A stretch of DNA of 64,000 nucleotides from Patescibacteria group bacterium (lineage in GTDB: Bacteria; Patescibacteriota; Minisyncoccia; Phycocordibacterales; PALSA-1337), in assembly GCA_040388415.1 (NCBI GenBank), contig JAZKBV010000002.1:136131-200130 (forward strand). The letters run 5' to 3'. The notes beneath the pieces were generated by a model. The model made no database searches. It saw only the letters and a list, made by a program, of their open reading frames with translations, and had not been told where the DNA came from. The translations under genes were made by a program, and so were the position numbers. Positions within the stretch are counted from its first letter, which is position 1, and each line of letters opens with the position of its first letter. Shown here in pieces: positions 28,610 to 38,624 of this stretch.

Positions 28610-30457
28610 ATGAAGCTCACACAAAAAGCTGATAGTGACATCAAGCACGCCGCAACGCTCGGACTCCTTATTGGAATGGCATTCATGATCCCTTCGTTTA
28701 GAGATGGGTTTATCGGATCGAACATTCAGGTTGCAGCAGAAGAAAATACGGCGAATGTATTTAGTATCTCTGCTCTCAGTAATCTAACGAAGTGTCCTAA
28801 GGGTCATACGTGTACGCAGAATCCTGATGCTATACCAGGTGTCGTAGCTCGCACGACAGGGGATTCGAAGTTAGCTCTTACATATGATTCAAATAAAAAG
28901 GAAGCTTTGCTCACCGCAACATTCACTATTGTTGTTGATGGGGGTAAGGTTGGTGTTTACGTGTACCAGTATCCGATGATCAGCTTCCGTGATTCAAGTG
29001 GTCAGGCCTACTATGTAAATAGTGCGCGCAATGCACCGCTTAGTCCAGTATCAAATGCAGTTGAAACAACTGATTTGTATGGACAGACTATCTATTGGGT
29101 TGCGCCAAACCAGTCAGCGAAATTTAAGGCTTCTGCGACTGTCGATCCAAAATCTCTTTTTGCCGGTAAGTACTATGCGACCGTTGATGCGTTGCTTGGT
29201 TATCCAACCGCAACAAGCACAGGCATCTCGATCATAAATGTTAATTCAGACAATACAAACTTCAAGGTTATTGTCGGTGAGACTGCTCCATATATTTCAT
29301 CTCTCACACCTAATCAAGCAAATGTCGGTGACAGTGTCACTATCACAGGTCAGCGTTTGGGTGGCGCACAGATCTATATAGATAATGTAGCGTTGTCGAG
29401 TTACACACCAAACAATCCTACTACTGGTTCGCTCGATGGAACCATGCTCGGATTCAAGGTACCAAATATGGTATCAGGATGGCACATCATCACTGTCGGC
29501 AATGCAATGGGCATGAGTAATGGATTTGGGTTTCAAGCTTTAAATGGCATACCAAAACCAGAGTTGTCTATCATTGAAGTAGCTTCGCCGTCTGCTCAGG
29601 TGTTTTCTTCGGGCACAAAAAATAACACTTTGGGCTATATAAAACTAACAGCAACTAATGGCGATGTGAAGCTCGGTGATATTATATTGAATGGTGAACC
29701 AAATCTCGCAAATCTTCCACTTTCACCCTTCTATATATACGAAGGATCCACACTTCTCGGTACAGGTTATGTTAATGGTGGAGCGAATAATCAGTTACTC
29801 AGTTATTCGGTGACCATTCCAACAAATATCACCATATTTTCAGGTACCACAAGAAAACTTACTCTAAGCGCTGATGCAACAAATCTCGGTACAACTTCTA
29901 TTAGAATGGCGGCTGGCATCGGGGGTCAAGCAGGAGCAGACTTTAATGTCGTGTTTGATCCAAATGCTCAGATGCATACATATGTTGTCGTAGTGAATCA
30001 AAACTGTTCAGCGGGTTTTGTATGTGGCGAAACAAGTCAGCCGGTATTTTCAAACATGTCTGTGTCACGTGGTGTCGCTGTAAGCAGTCAAACTGGAATG
30101 GTTGCACAGCAAGTTAATTTTAACTTCTCGGTCACCGCGGGAACTGTTCCAATATTTATGTCGAATGATATAAATAAAGCCCTGGTAACTTCATTGAATT
30201 CAACTCAATTAAATGTTAGTCCAGTTAAATTTGGTGATGACAATTCTGCCGGTGATGGTTCTATGTACATATATATAGCACCAGGACAGACTAAAAATGT
30301 CGGGGCTACCTATACAGTAACAGGTATGAAAGGCAGTTCAGGGACACTACAAGTCACTGCTATCAATTATGGAACAAGTACATCTGCTTTAAGTAATCTC
30401 GTATTCAGTGATACAAGCATGCTCAAGGCTGCACTATTCACTATTATTGAGATCTAA
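28610..30457 (+). CDS. Surface protein with IPT/TIG-like domain (paralog A)
   Basis: N-terminal hydrophobic anchor; PYISSLTPNQANVGDSVTITGQRL IPT motif; beta-rich, Ser/Thr-rich. Confidence 0.75.
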   Translation: MKLTQKADSDIKHAATLGLLIGMAFMIPSFRDGFIGSNIQVAAEENTANVFSISALSNLTKCPKGHTCTQNPDAIPGVVARTTGDSKLALTYDSNKKEALLTATFTIVVDGGKVGVYVYQYPMISFRDSSGQAYYVNSARNAPLSPVSNAVETTDLYGQTIYWVAPNQSAKFKASATVDPKSLFAGKYYATVDALLGYPTATSTGISIINVNSDNTNFKVIVGETAPYISSLTPNQANVGDSVTITGQRLGGAQIYIDNVALSSYTPNNPTTGSLDGTMLGFKVPNMVSGWHIITVGNAMGMSNGFGFQALNGIPKPELSIIEVASPSAQVFSSGTKNNTLGYIKLTATNGDVKLGDIILNGEPNLANLPLSPFYIYEGSTLLGTGYVNGGANNQLLSYSVTIPTNITIFSGTTRKLTLSADATNLGTTSIRMAAGIGGQAGADFNVVFDPNAQMHTYVVVVNQNCSAGFVCGETSQPVFSNMSVSRGVAVSSQTGMVAQQVNFNFSVTAGTVPIFMSNDINKALVTSLNSTQLNVSPVKFGDDNSAGDGSMYIYIAPGQTKNVGATYTVTGMKGSSGTLQVTAINYGTSTSALSNLVFSDTSMLKAALFTIIEI

Positions 30458-30486
30458 TAATTATAAACATAGCAAATGATAAGTTA

Positions 30487-30515
30487 AATCGACCAAATAT
30501 ATGTTTGGTCGATTT
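30487..30515. terminator. Terminator hairpin
   Basis: AAATCGACCAAAT-atat-GTTTGGTCGATTTT. Confidence 0.7.
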
Positions 30516-30635
30516 TGTTATATTTTGAATGGCAAATATATACACAGCAACAGAGGATACATGAGGGGATAACTATTTAGGTTCTGTAATCATGTAGGTA
30601 TATAATGTGCGCATTATTATTCTAACGTTCTATAT

Positions 30636-32507
30636 ATGAACATAAAATCATTATTTGGGGAGAATGCGAGTTATGTTGCTGCGTTTCTGGTCCTTATTGG
30701 AATAGCTTCGGCGACACCGTCAATTGTGAGCACGTTCACAAGTCCGACAGTCTCGGTTGAATCAGTCAATGCTGCAGCAGCCATTAACTCAGTCTTTTCG
30801 AGCAAAAAAGGTCCAGTAAATTTTCCTGCAGGCTATACATGTACACCAAATCCAGTTCCAGTAAATGGTGTCGCTGCAAAAACTACTGGCAAATCAAGGC
30901 TTGCTCTCACCTATGATTCAAATAAAAAGGAAGCTCTTTTAACTGCTACATTTAATGTGACAATAGATGGGGGTAAGACAGGTGTTTACATTTCTCAATA
31001 TCCTTGGTTTAACCTCCGCGATTCAAATGGGGGATATGCGAGTATGTATGGAAAAATTTCTGCTGACTCAAAGGTGGAAACAAAGACCAGTATATATGGC
31101 GAGACATTCTATTGGGTGCCCGCAAATCGCCAAGCAAAGTTTACTGCAATTGGCACCGCTAACCCAACGCAGCTTTTCGCTGGAACGTATTCGGCTATGA
31201 TAGGTGGTTTGGTAGGTTATCCGGTAACTGACTATAGTCAGCCAGGCTATATGATAAATCTGAGCTCAGATCAGACCAACTCGGTCACTATTGTTGGTGA
31301 AGTTACACCTTATATCACAAATATTTCTCCTTATCAGGCAAATGTCGGGGATAAGGTAACGATTACTGGTCAGCGTTTGGGTGGATCATTGATCTATGCT
31401 GACGGAGTGGCTTTGTCGACACAAGGCGGGGGCATCACAGGATCAATCGATGGTACCAGCATGACCTTTATTGTTCCAAGTGGACTTTCGTCAGGATGGC
31501 ATTATGTCTCAGTTAGCAACACATTGGGTATGAGTAATACTGTTGGGTTGGAGATATTGGTGCCAGTTTCAGTTGCATCAGTTATTGCCTCGCTTGATCC
31601 AGCATCGCCAATAACCGGCACGGTTCAAATTTCCTCGACAGATGTGACCGCAAATGTGGCACTTGCAGTCTTTGATCTGAAGTCACAAAATGGTCCAACA
31701 ACATTGACTTCTTTCAGTGTGAACATGATCGAGTCAAATCCAAATGCAAAGGGAGGGGGTACAATATCTGATTTATTCACAAATGTCATGATCAAGGTTG
31801 CAGGACAAACATATGCTGAAACTTCGATGTCCGGAAATACAATAACCTTCAGTAATATATTAGTTCCTCTGGCAACAAATGTAAGTGTTCCAGTTGTGGT
31901 CTTGGGATCAGTTGCGGCAAATACGAACAATTTTCTAAATGGTTCAACTGCTTCAGTCAATCTACCATTGACAGGTATACAGGCCATAGACGGAAATTAT
32001 GCCACAGTGCCGGTGTCACAAGGCTCAGTTGTAGGTCTACTCTCGGGAAGTACTTTAACATTCAGTGGCTCTAGTATGACAGTATCGAATACTTCAACAA
32101 TCCCAAGTACACGTACTGTTTCGCAAAGTGGGACAACAACACAAATAGTAAGTATGAATTTTAGTGTGACCGCAGGTAATGATCCGGTATTCATTTCAAA
32201 AGCGATTGATACTGCATTGACTCCAGCAATAACCATGTCAGCAAATCCTTTCATAGTGATCAATCCAGCGACAATCACCAGTGATAATACTTCAGGTGAT
32301 GGAAGTACATACTTCTATGTTGCCCCAGGTCAGACGAAGAATTTCACGGCAAATTATAAAGCTATAGGTATGCCTGGATCACTCGGTACAGTAAACATAA
32401 GTTCACTTAATTATGGCACATCAGCAACCAGCCTAAGTAGTTTAATCTACAAAGATCAGTATGATGGTGGGGCTTTAGGAAAACTTAAATTCACCTTCAC
32501 CTTCTAA
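30636..32507 (+). CDS. Surface protein with IPT/TIG-like domain (paralog B)
   Basis: Shares LALTYDSNKKEALLTATF, QANVGD.VTITGQRLGG and GDGS.Y.Y.APGQTKN with paralog A. Confidence 0.75.
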   Translation: MNIKSLFGENASYVAAFLVLIGIASATPSIVSTFTSPTVSVESVNAAAAINSVFSSKKGPVNFPAGYTCTPNPVPVNGVAAKTTGKSRLALTYDSNKKEALLTATFNVTIDGGKTGVYISQYPWFNLRDSNGGYASMYGKISADSKVETKTSIYGETFYWVPANRQAKFTAIGTANPTQLFAGTYSAMIGGLVGYPVTDYSQPGYMINLSSDQTNSVTIVGEVTPYITNISPYQANVGDKVTITGQRLGGSLIYADGVALSTQGGGITGSIDGTSMTFIVPSGLSSGWHYVSVSNTLGMSNTVGLEILVPVSVASVIASLDPASPITGTVQISSTDVTANVALAVFDLKSQNGPTTLTSFSVNMIESNPNAKGGGTISDLFTNVMIKVAGQTYAETSMSGNTITFSNILVPLATNVSVPVVVLGSVAANTNNFLNGSTASVNLPLTGIQAIDGNYATVPVSQGSVVGLLSGSTLTFSGSSMTVSNTSTIPSTRTVSQSGTTTQIVSMNFSVTAGNDPVFISKAIDTALTPAITMSANPFIVINPATITSDNTSGDGSTYFYVAPGQTKNFTANYKAIGMPGSLGTVNISSLNYGTSATSLSSLIYKDQYDGGALGKLKFTFTF

Positions 32508-32530
32508 GTCCTAGTGTTCGTTTTTTTGAT

Positions 32531-32554
32531 AAAACCGGCTTATATAGCCGGTTT
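32531..32554. terminator. Terminator hairpin directly followed by a -10 element
   Basis: AAAACCGGCT-tatat-AGCCGGTTTT then TATACT. Confidence 0.65.
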
Positions 32555-32602
32555 TGTTATATACTGAAAGGATTAGACGCCTCATACGTCATCATCAGTA
32601 TC

Positions 32603-33988
32603 ATGAAAAAATACATCATTTTAACTATCGTTCTATGTACAGCCATCTTAGCGAGCGCTCACGCGCAAAGTTATACGTTTTCAAACAATCTTTTGGTGGG
32701 TAGTTCTGGGTCAGATGTAACAAATCTCCAAACGTGGCTGATGTCGAATGGCTATGACATACCATCTATTAGTTCAGGCTTAGCAAACAAAGGTTACTTT
32801 GGTTCACAGACGAAGCTTGCGTTGATACGGTATCAGCAGTCATTAGGTTTTCCAGCATTCGGATATTTTGGACCTATAACGCGTGGGTATATCAATGGAC
32901 ATAGCAATCCGAACAATGCCTCATTCAAGATTACTTCGCCAAATGGAGGAGAGACGTGGGTAAAAGGCACATCGCAAAATATTGCCTGGAGTGGTTCAGC
33001 AAATGTTTTGGCGCAAAAAGGAGATATTAAACTCGAATATCCACTGCCTGCATGTGCACAGCCGGGCCAGATAATTCGTTGTATGATCATGGTTCGTGCA
33101 CCGCTCACTATTGCACAGAATGTTGATCTTAATTCACGTTCATATTTATGGAACGTTGGAAGTGTAATTACTGGTACAACAGCCTGTATGGCAGGTGAAA
33201 CATGTTATCAAGATCCGGTATCTGACGGTCAGTATAAGATACAGATATGTCCAGCAGATGGCTCAACCTGTGATGAAAGTGATTCGAATTTCACTATTAG
33301 TTCCAATCCAGTAACGGGAAATACTCCTGTTATCAATGGCGTTGATGCGCCTACAACGCTGAGTGTTGGTCAAATGGGAACGTGGACTATTCGCGCAACT
33401 GATCCATTGAATGGAACACTTAGTTACTCTGTCAATTGGGGTGATGCACCGAACTGTAATTACTCATATGCATGTGTTGCCCAAAATGCACCGCTGAGTT
33501 ATATCCAAAATTCAACATTCACTCACTCGTATGTAAATACTGGTACGTACACAGTTACTTTTATAGTCAGGAACAGCTCTGGCCAACAAGTCCAAACAAC
33601 TAGCACTGTTGTCGTAACCGGATCAACATCAGCTGGTCCATTGAAGATAATTTCGCCAAATGGGGGAGAGACGTGGCTCCGAGGTACTACTCAAAATATA
33701 ACGTGGACATCACCGTACTATTTCCGTGCAACGACTGCTGACCTAAAACTCACCCCGTATCAGGCACCTTGTACAACTCAGATATGTCCTATGTATATAC
33801 TTGCCCCATACACTATCGCTACTGGATTATCAATAAACCAGAATTCATATGGTTGGAATGTAGGTACCGCGCTAAACTATTCTGGAGTATCTCAATTTGT
33901 TCCAAATGGACAATATACTATCCAGATTTGTGAGACCGGTACGAGTAGTTGTGATTCAAGTGATGCGGTGTTCAATATTGTGAATTAA
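32603..33988 (+). CDS. Secreted protein: PG-binding domain + SPNGGE repeats + PKD-like domain
   Basis: Signal peptide; LLVGSSGSDVTNLQ..GYFGSQT; two SPNGGETW repeats; YSVNWGD...FTHSY..GTYTVT PKD pattern. Confidence 0.8.
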   Translation: MKKYIILTIVLCTAILASAHAQSYTFSNNLLVGSSGSDVTNLQTWLMSNGYDIPSISSGLANKGYFGSQTKLALIRYQQSLGFPAFGYFGPITRGYINGHSNPNNASFKITSPNGGETWVKGTSQNIAWSGSANVLAQKGDIKLEYPLPACAQPGQIIRCMIMVRAPLTIAQNVDLNSRSYLWNVGSVITGTTACMAGETCYQDPVSDGQYKIQICPADGSTCDESDSNFTISSNPVTGNTPVINGVDAPTTLSVGQMGTWTIRATDPLNGTLSYSVNWGDAPNCNYSYACVAQNAPLSYIQNSTFTHSYVNTGTYTVTFIVRNSSGQQVQTTSTVVVTGSTSAGPLKIISPNGGETWLRGTTQNITWTSPYYFRATTADLKLTPYQAPCTTQICPMYILAPYTIATGLSINQNSYGWNVGTALNYSGVSQFVPNGQYTIQICETGTSSCDSSDAVFNIVN

Positions 33989-34197
33989 ACCACCGTAAGG
34001 TCTGATCTTACGGTGTCGCAGTGCCCAAAATTTGCACGTTTTATAGACATATGATATGCTCTTTTCTATTCGCCTACCTGGCGTTTTATTAGTCGTCCGA
34101 CTGATAATTTATAAACTATTAATAACTTTATCTTTATCTTTTGATGTTTGGCATCACGCCTAAACGTAAAAAGGTAAAGCACTAAACAAATAATACT

Positions 34198-35385
34198 ATG
34201 GCAGCAGAATTTAATCGTACCAAGCCTCACGTTAACGTAGGCACAATCGGTCACGTTGACCACGGAAAGACTACTCTTACAACAGCTATTCTTGCCGTTC
34301 AGGCAAAGAAAGGTCTTGCTCAAAACAAGACGTATGCAGATATCGCAAAGGGCGGTACAGTTCGTGATGCATCAAAGATCGTTACTATCTCACTCGCTCA
34401 CGTTGAGTACGAGTCTCCTCTTCGTCACTATGCTCATATCGACGCTCCAGGTCACGCCGATTATATCAAGAACATGATCACCGGTGCCGCTCAAATGGAC
34501 GGTGCAGTACTTGTCGTATCAGCACTCGATGGTGTTATGCCACAGACACGTGAGCACGTTCTCCTTGCAAAGCAAGTTGGTGTGCCAAAGATCGTCGTCT
34601 TTTTGAACAAGTGTGATGCAGTTGCAGAGGCAGATCTCATCGATCTCGTTGAGGAAGAAGTGCGTGAACTCCTCACAAAGCAAGGTTTTGATGGAAAGGG
34701 TGCTCCAGTTATCCGTGGTTCAGCTCTCAAGGCTCTCGAAGGAGATGCTGCATGGGAAGCAAAGATCGGTGATCTTATGGACGCATTGGATAGTTATATC
34801 CCTATGCCAGTTCGTGAGACAGATAAGCCTTTCCTTATGCCTATCGAGGATATCTTCTCGATTGAAGGCCGTGGAACAGTGGTTACTGGTCGTATCGAGC
34901 GTGGTATGGTCAAGGTTGGTGAAGAAGTTGAGATCATCGGTTTCCGTGATACAACAAAGACAACTATCACAGGTATCGAAATGTTCAACAAGCAGCTCAA
35001 AGAAGGAATCGCTGGTGACAACGCTGGTCTCCTCCTCCGTGGTACAGCAAAGGATGACGTTTCTCGTGGTCAGGTTCTTGCAAAGCCAGGTTCAGTTAAG
35101 CCTCACACAGAATTTGAGTCTGAAGTTTACGTTTTGAAGAAGGAAGAAGGTGGTCGCCACACTCCATTCTTTACTGGTTATAAGCCTCAGTTCTACATCC
35201 GTACAACAGACGTTACTGGTGAAGTTACACTTGCTGCAAACGTTGAAATGGTTATGCCAGGTGACACAGTTACTTTCAAGGTTAAGCTCGTTGCTCCAGT
35301 TGCTCTCGAAGAAAAGATGCGTTTCGCTGTCCGTGAGGGTGGCAAGACCGTCGGTGCAGGTGTCGTAACAAAGATCGTTGCCTAA
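34198..35385 (+). CDS. tuf: Elongation factor Tu
   Basis: [38 protein letters not shown]; own promoter TTGCAC-17-TATGCT near 34032. Confidence 0.99.
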   Translation: MAAEFNRTKPHVNVGTIGHVDHGKTTLTTAILAVQAKKGLAQNKTYADIAKGGTVRDASKIVTISLAHVEYESPLRHYAHIDAPGHADYIKNMITGAAQMDGAVLVVSALDGVMPQTREHVLLAKQVGVPKIVVFLNKCDAVAEADLIDLVEEEVRELLTKQGFDGKGAPVIRGSALKALEGDAAWEAKIGDLMDALDSYIPMPVRETDKPFLMPIEDIFSIEGRGTVVTGRIERGMVKVGEEVEIIGFRDTTKTTITGIEMFNKQLKEGIAGDNAGLLLRGTAKDDVSRGQVLAKPGSVKPHTEFESEVYVLKKEEGGRHTPFFTGYKPQFYIRTTDVTGEVTLAANVEMVMPGDTVTFKVKLVAPVALEEKMRFAVREGGKTVGAGVVTKIVA

Positions 35386-35390
35386 ACAAC

Positions 35391-35777
35391 ATGGTTACTA
35401 AAGATACAACAAAGAAAGCCTCTGCTACCAAGGTTGCGCCTCGCGCAAAGAAGGTTAAGGCAGAAGGGGAAGTCTCTCATCTCCGCATCCGTGTTCGTGC
35501 CTATGAGCACAAGATTCTCGACGCTTCACTCCGTCAGATCATGGACATTGCTTCGAGATATGACGTGACAGTTAACGGTCCAGTACCACTCCCAACAGAG
35601 ATCAAGAAGTACACCGTTAACCGTTCATCATTCATCGACAAGAACAGTCGTGAACAATTCGAAATGCGTGTCCACAAGCGTCTCATAGATATTATCAACC
35701 CAAATCCGAAGGTTATCGAAGCCCTGACGAACTTGAGTCTACCATCCGGCGTCAACATAGACGTAAAGATGATGTAG
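35391..35777 (+). CDS. rpsJ: 30S ribosomal protein S10 (N-terminally extended)
   Basis: LRIRVRAYEH, GPVPLPT, SREQFEMRVHKRLIDI. Confidence 0.98.
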   Translation: MVTKDTTKKASATKVAPRAKKVKAEGEVSHLRIRVRAYEHKILDASLRQIMDIASRYDVTVNGPVPLPTEIKKYTVNRSSFIDKNSREQFEMRVHKRLIDIINPNPKVIEALTNLSLPSGVNIDVKMM

Positions 35778-35786
35778 CAAAAAGGA

Positions 35787-35853
35787 GCAAGTTGAAAAGT
35801 TATAAAGTGGCAAGAAGTGAAAAACTTGCAGCTGGTAACTTCCGACTTGTAAC
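35787..35853. repeat. Inverted degenerate 7-mer arrays between rpsJ and rplC
   Basis: AAGTT/AAGTG repeats with ~7 nt period followed by complementary ACTTG/ACTTC/TAACT repeats. Confidence 0.55.
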
Positions 35854-35867
35854 TAAATTATACTGAC

Positions 35868-36473
35868 ATGAAATTCATTCTAGGAAGAAAACTGAATATG
35901 GCCCAGATATACGACGCTTCTGGCGCTGTTATACCAGTGACTCTCGTCACGGTACGCGGTAACGTCGTCACTCAAGTGCGCACAAAGGATGTAGATGGCT
36001 ATGAAGCTGTCCAGATCGGTGAAGGATCACGCAATCCAGGACGCATCAACAAGGCTCAAAAAGGCCAGTTCAAGGATATGGGTAACTTCGCAGCCCTTGC
36101 AGAATTCCGTGTTGACGCACCAGTTGCCAAGACGGGCGACAAAGTGGAGCTTTCACAGTTCGCTGTAGGCGATGTCATTACGGTGTCAGCTATCTCAAAG
36201 GGTAAGGGTTTCCAGGGTGTTGTTAAGCGCCACGGATTCGGTGGTGGACCACGTTCACACGGTCAAAAGCACTCAGAGCGTGAGCCTGGTTCTATCGGTG
36301 GCGGTCTCCGCACACGCGTTCCAGTCGGTATGCGCATGGCAGGCCGTATGGGCAGTGATCGTATAACAGTTAAAAACCTCAAGGTCGCTCACATTGACGC
36401 AGATGAAAATGTCATGTATGTTGCTGGAGCAATCCCAGGAAAGAGGGGTACATTAGTGGAGATCGTAGGTTAA
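35868..36473 (+). CDS. rplC: 50S ribosomal protein L3
   Basis: DGYEAVQ, SKGKGFQGVVKRHGF, REPGSIG, MAGRMG. Confidence 0.98.
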   Translation: MKFILGRKLNMAQIYDASGAVIPVTLVTVRGNVVTQVRTKDVDGYEAVQIGEGSRNPGRINKAQKGQFKDMGNFAALAEFRVDAPVAKTGDKVELSQFAVGDVITVSAISKGKGFQGVVKRHGFGGGPRSHGQKHSEREPGSIGGGLRTRVPVGMRMAGRMGSDRITVKNLKVAHIDADENVMYVAGAIPGKRGTLVEIVG

Positions 36474-36487
36474 TCATTTATACCATC

Positions 36488-37156
36488 ATGGAAACAAAAA
36501 TCTACAATCAAACAGGCAAAGAGGCAGGAAAGTTCAAACTTCCCGTTGGTATCTTTGACATGCCATGGAATGCTGACCTCGTCCACGAAGTGGTCCGTCT
36601 CATGAATTCAAATTCACGCACAAACGTCGCTCATACAAAGACACGTGGTGAAGTTCGCGGTGGTGGCAAGAAGCCATGGAAGCAAAAGGGCACAGGTCGC
36701 GCGCGTCACGGTTCATCACGCTCACCTATCTGGGTTGGCGGTGGTGTCACACACGGTCCACGCAACGATCAGAATTTCAATCGCAAGATCAACAAGAAGG
36801 TCAAGGATAAGGCTCTTCTCACAGTACTCTCACGCAAGTGGAAAGATGGTGAAATCCTCTTTGTTGACGCTATTTCTCTTGCAAAACCTAAGTCAAAGGA
36901 TGCACGTGCTATCCTCACTGCTCTCGGTTCAATCAAAGGCTTTGAGAAGGTTGCTACAAAAAAGAAAAATGCAGCACTTATCGCTTTCGACAAGAGAACA
37001 GAGGCTGTCGACAAGAGTTTCAAGAACTTTGGCAATGTTTCTATCGAAGAATTCCGCAATATTAACCCAGTTTCTTTGATGAATCACTCGTATCTCATCG
37101 TCGTCAATCCTGAGAATTCACTCAAGGCATTATCAGCTAAGGTTACACAAGCTTAA
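36488..37156 (+). CDS. rplD: 50S ribosomal protein L4
   Basis: TKTRGEVRGGGKKPWKQKGTGRARHGS. Confidence 0.98.
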   Translation: METKIYNQTGKEAGKFKLPVGIFDMPWNADLVHEVVRLMNSNSRTNVAHTKTRGEVRGGGKKPWKQKGTGRARHGSSRSPIWVGGGVTHGPRNDQNFNRKINKKVKDKALLTVLSRKWKDGEILFVDAISLAKPKSKDARAILTALGSIKGFEKVATKKKNAALIAFDKRTEAVDKSFKNFGNVSIEEFRNINPVSLMNHSYLIVVNPENSLKALSAKVTQA

Positions 37157-37165
37157 TCTACTATT

Positions 37166-37441
37166 ATGTCTTCTGCATCTATCATTCTTCGTCCACATAT
37201 CACAGAGAAGTCAGGTATCCTCAGTCAAGGCGGTGTATATACATTCGTCGTCACCAAGGGTGCGAACAAGCCTTCTATTGCTCAGGCAGTCAAAGCTCTT
37301 TACAAGGTAACTCCAGTCAAAGTGACTGTCGTCAATCTTCCTTCAAAGAATGTCTTTGTTAAGGGTAAGAAGGGCGTTGTCTCAGGCATGCGCAAGGCTG
37401 TCGTCACCTTGAAGAAAGGAGATAAGATCGACTTTGTATAA
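37166..37441 (+). CDS. rplW: 50S ribosomal protein L23
   Basis: RPHITEKS, YTF, ANK, KAVVTL. Confidence 0.96.
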   Translation: MSSASIILRPHITEKSGILSQGGVYTFVVTKGANKPSIAQAVKALYKVTPVKVTVVNLPSKNVFVKGKKGVVSGMRKAVVTLKKGDKIDFV

Positions 37442-37468
37442 TCATTTTCAATTATTTAATTTATTAAC

Positions 37469-38320
37469 ATGAAATCATTCCGCCCAACCTCAAAATCACG
37501 TCGTCACATGACTGTTCTCCCGTTCAAGGAGTATCTTACGGTCAGCGAGCCATATAAGCCTCTCACTCACGGTTTCAAGCGTGACGTAGGACGCAACGCA
37601 CATGGTCGCATCACTGTTCGTCACCAGGGTGGTGGCCACAAGAAGCTCTATCGCGAGATTGATTTCATGTATGACAAGAAAGATGTCAACGCTACAGTAA
37701 AGACCATTGAATACGATCCATTCCGTACTGGTTACATCGGCCTCGTTGCATATAAGGACGGTGAAAAGCGTTACGTTCTCCTCCCAAAGACAATGAAAGT
37801 AGGTAACTCATTCATTGTTTCTGAGAATGCGCCTGTTACTACTGGTAACCGTCTCCCACTCAAAAAGATCCCTGTCGGTGCTTTCGTTTTCAATATCGAA
37901 GTAAAGCCAGGCTCAGGATCAAAGCTCGTTCGTTCAGCTGGTTCATTTGCTCAGGTTATCGCTAATGATGCAGGCTATACCCACATCAAGATGCCTTCAA
38001 CAGAAGTCCGTAAGATCCACGAAGATGCATGGGCTAGTATCGGCGCTGTTTCAAACGAAGAAAATCGCCTTGTTAATGTCGGTAAAGCTGGCCGCTCACG
38101 CTGGATGGGTATCCGTCCAACAGTTCGTGGTACTGCTCAGAACCCAGTGGATCACCCATACGGTGGTGGTGAACAGCGTCAGGGTCGCGGTCTCCGCCGT
38201 CTCAAGACGCGTTGGGGCAAGCCAGCAGGTAAGGGTCAGAAGACACGTACACCAAAGAAATACTCGAACGTCTTCATCGTTTCTCGCCGTCAGGTCGGCA
38301 AGAAGAGTACCAAACTCTAA
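37469..38320 (+). CDS. rplB: 50S ribosomal protein L2
   Basis: GRITVRHQGGGHK, IEYDP, GKAGRSRW, NPVDHPYGGGE. Confidence 0.99.
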   Translation: MKSFRPTSKSRRHMTVLPFKEYLTVSEPYKPLTHGFKRDVGRNAHGRITVRHQGGGHKKLYREIDFMYDKKDVNATVKTIEYDPFRTGYIGLVAYKDGEKRYVLLPKTMKVGNSFIVSENAPVTTGNRLPLKKIPVGAFVFNIEVKPGSGSKLVRSAGSFAQVIANDAGYTHIKMPSTEVRKIHEDAWASIGAVSNEENRLVNVGKAGRSRWMGIRPTVRGTAQNPVDHPYGGGEQRQGRGLRRLKTRWGKPAGKGQKTRTPKKYSNVFIVSRRQVGKKSTKL

Positions 38321-38322
38321 TC

Positions 38323-38427
38323 ATGAGAAACGTAGTTCACGGTTTGCACAAGATCTTTGTGAAAGTAGTGAAGGCTGTCGTACACAAAGTTACGATGGTA
38401 GTTATCACCAAAGAGATTTTCGATTAG
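38323..38427 (+). CDS. Candidate 34-aa Val/His/Lys-rich amphipathic peptide
   Basis: Manual translation MRNVVHGLHKIFVKVVKAVVHKVTMVVITKEIFD*; starts 2 nt after the rplB stop and lies before the terminator. Confidence 0.5.
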   Translation: MRNVVHGLHKIFVKVVKAVVHKVTMVVITKEIFD

Positions 38428-38454
38428 GATTCAAGCAATTTAAAACAAAAACAG

Positions 38455-38478
38455 AAGGCACCCGAAAGGGTGTTTTTT
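38455..38478 (+). terminator. Intrinsic terminator splitting the S10 operon after rplB
   Basis: GGCACCC-gaaa-GGGTGTT followed by a T-run. Confidence 0.85.
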
Positions 38479-38624
38479 GATTTAGCAAAATCACCTACTG
38501 GGTGTTTGACATAAGTCTTTATATGTAATAGTGTCAGCCATAGAAAATGGATAGGAAATAGGTTCTTCCTACCCATAAGTGCTGTTCCGGAACCTTCTGC
38601 AGTTCACTGAAAACTAACTACATT

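Noticed and set aside
25723-30573. Replication origin suggested by DnaA boxes
   Set aside because: The boxes are single and kilobases apart, each next to a promoter, with no cluster or unwinding element and no dnaA/dnaN nearby
37947-38480. 177-aa ORF overlapping the rplB 3' half as a frameshift extension
   Set aside because: rplB is complete with its own stop and no slippery site is evident; the 38323 micro-ORF in another frame explains the downstream sequence better
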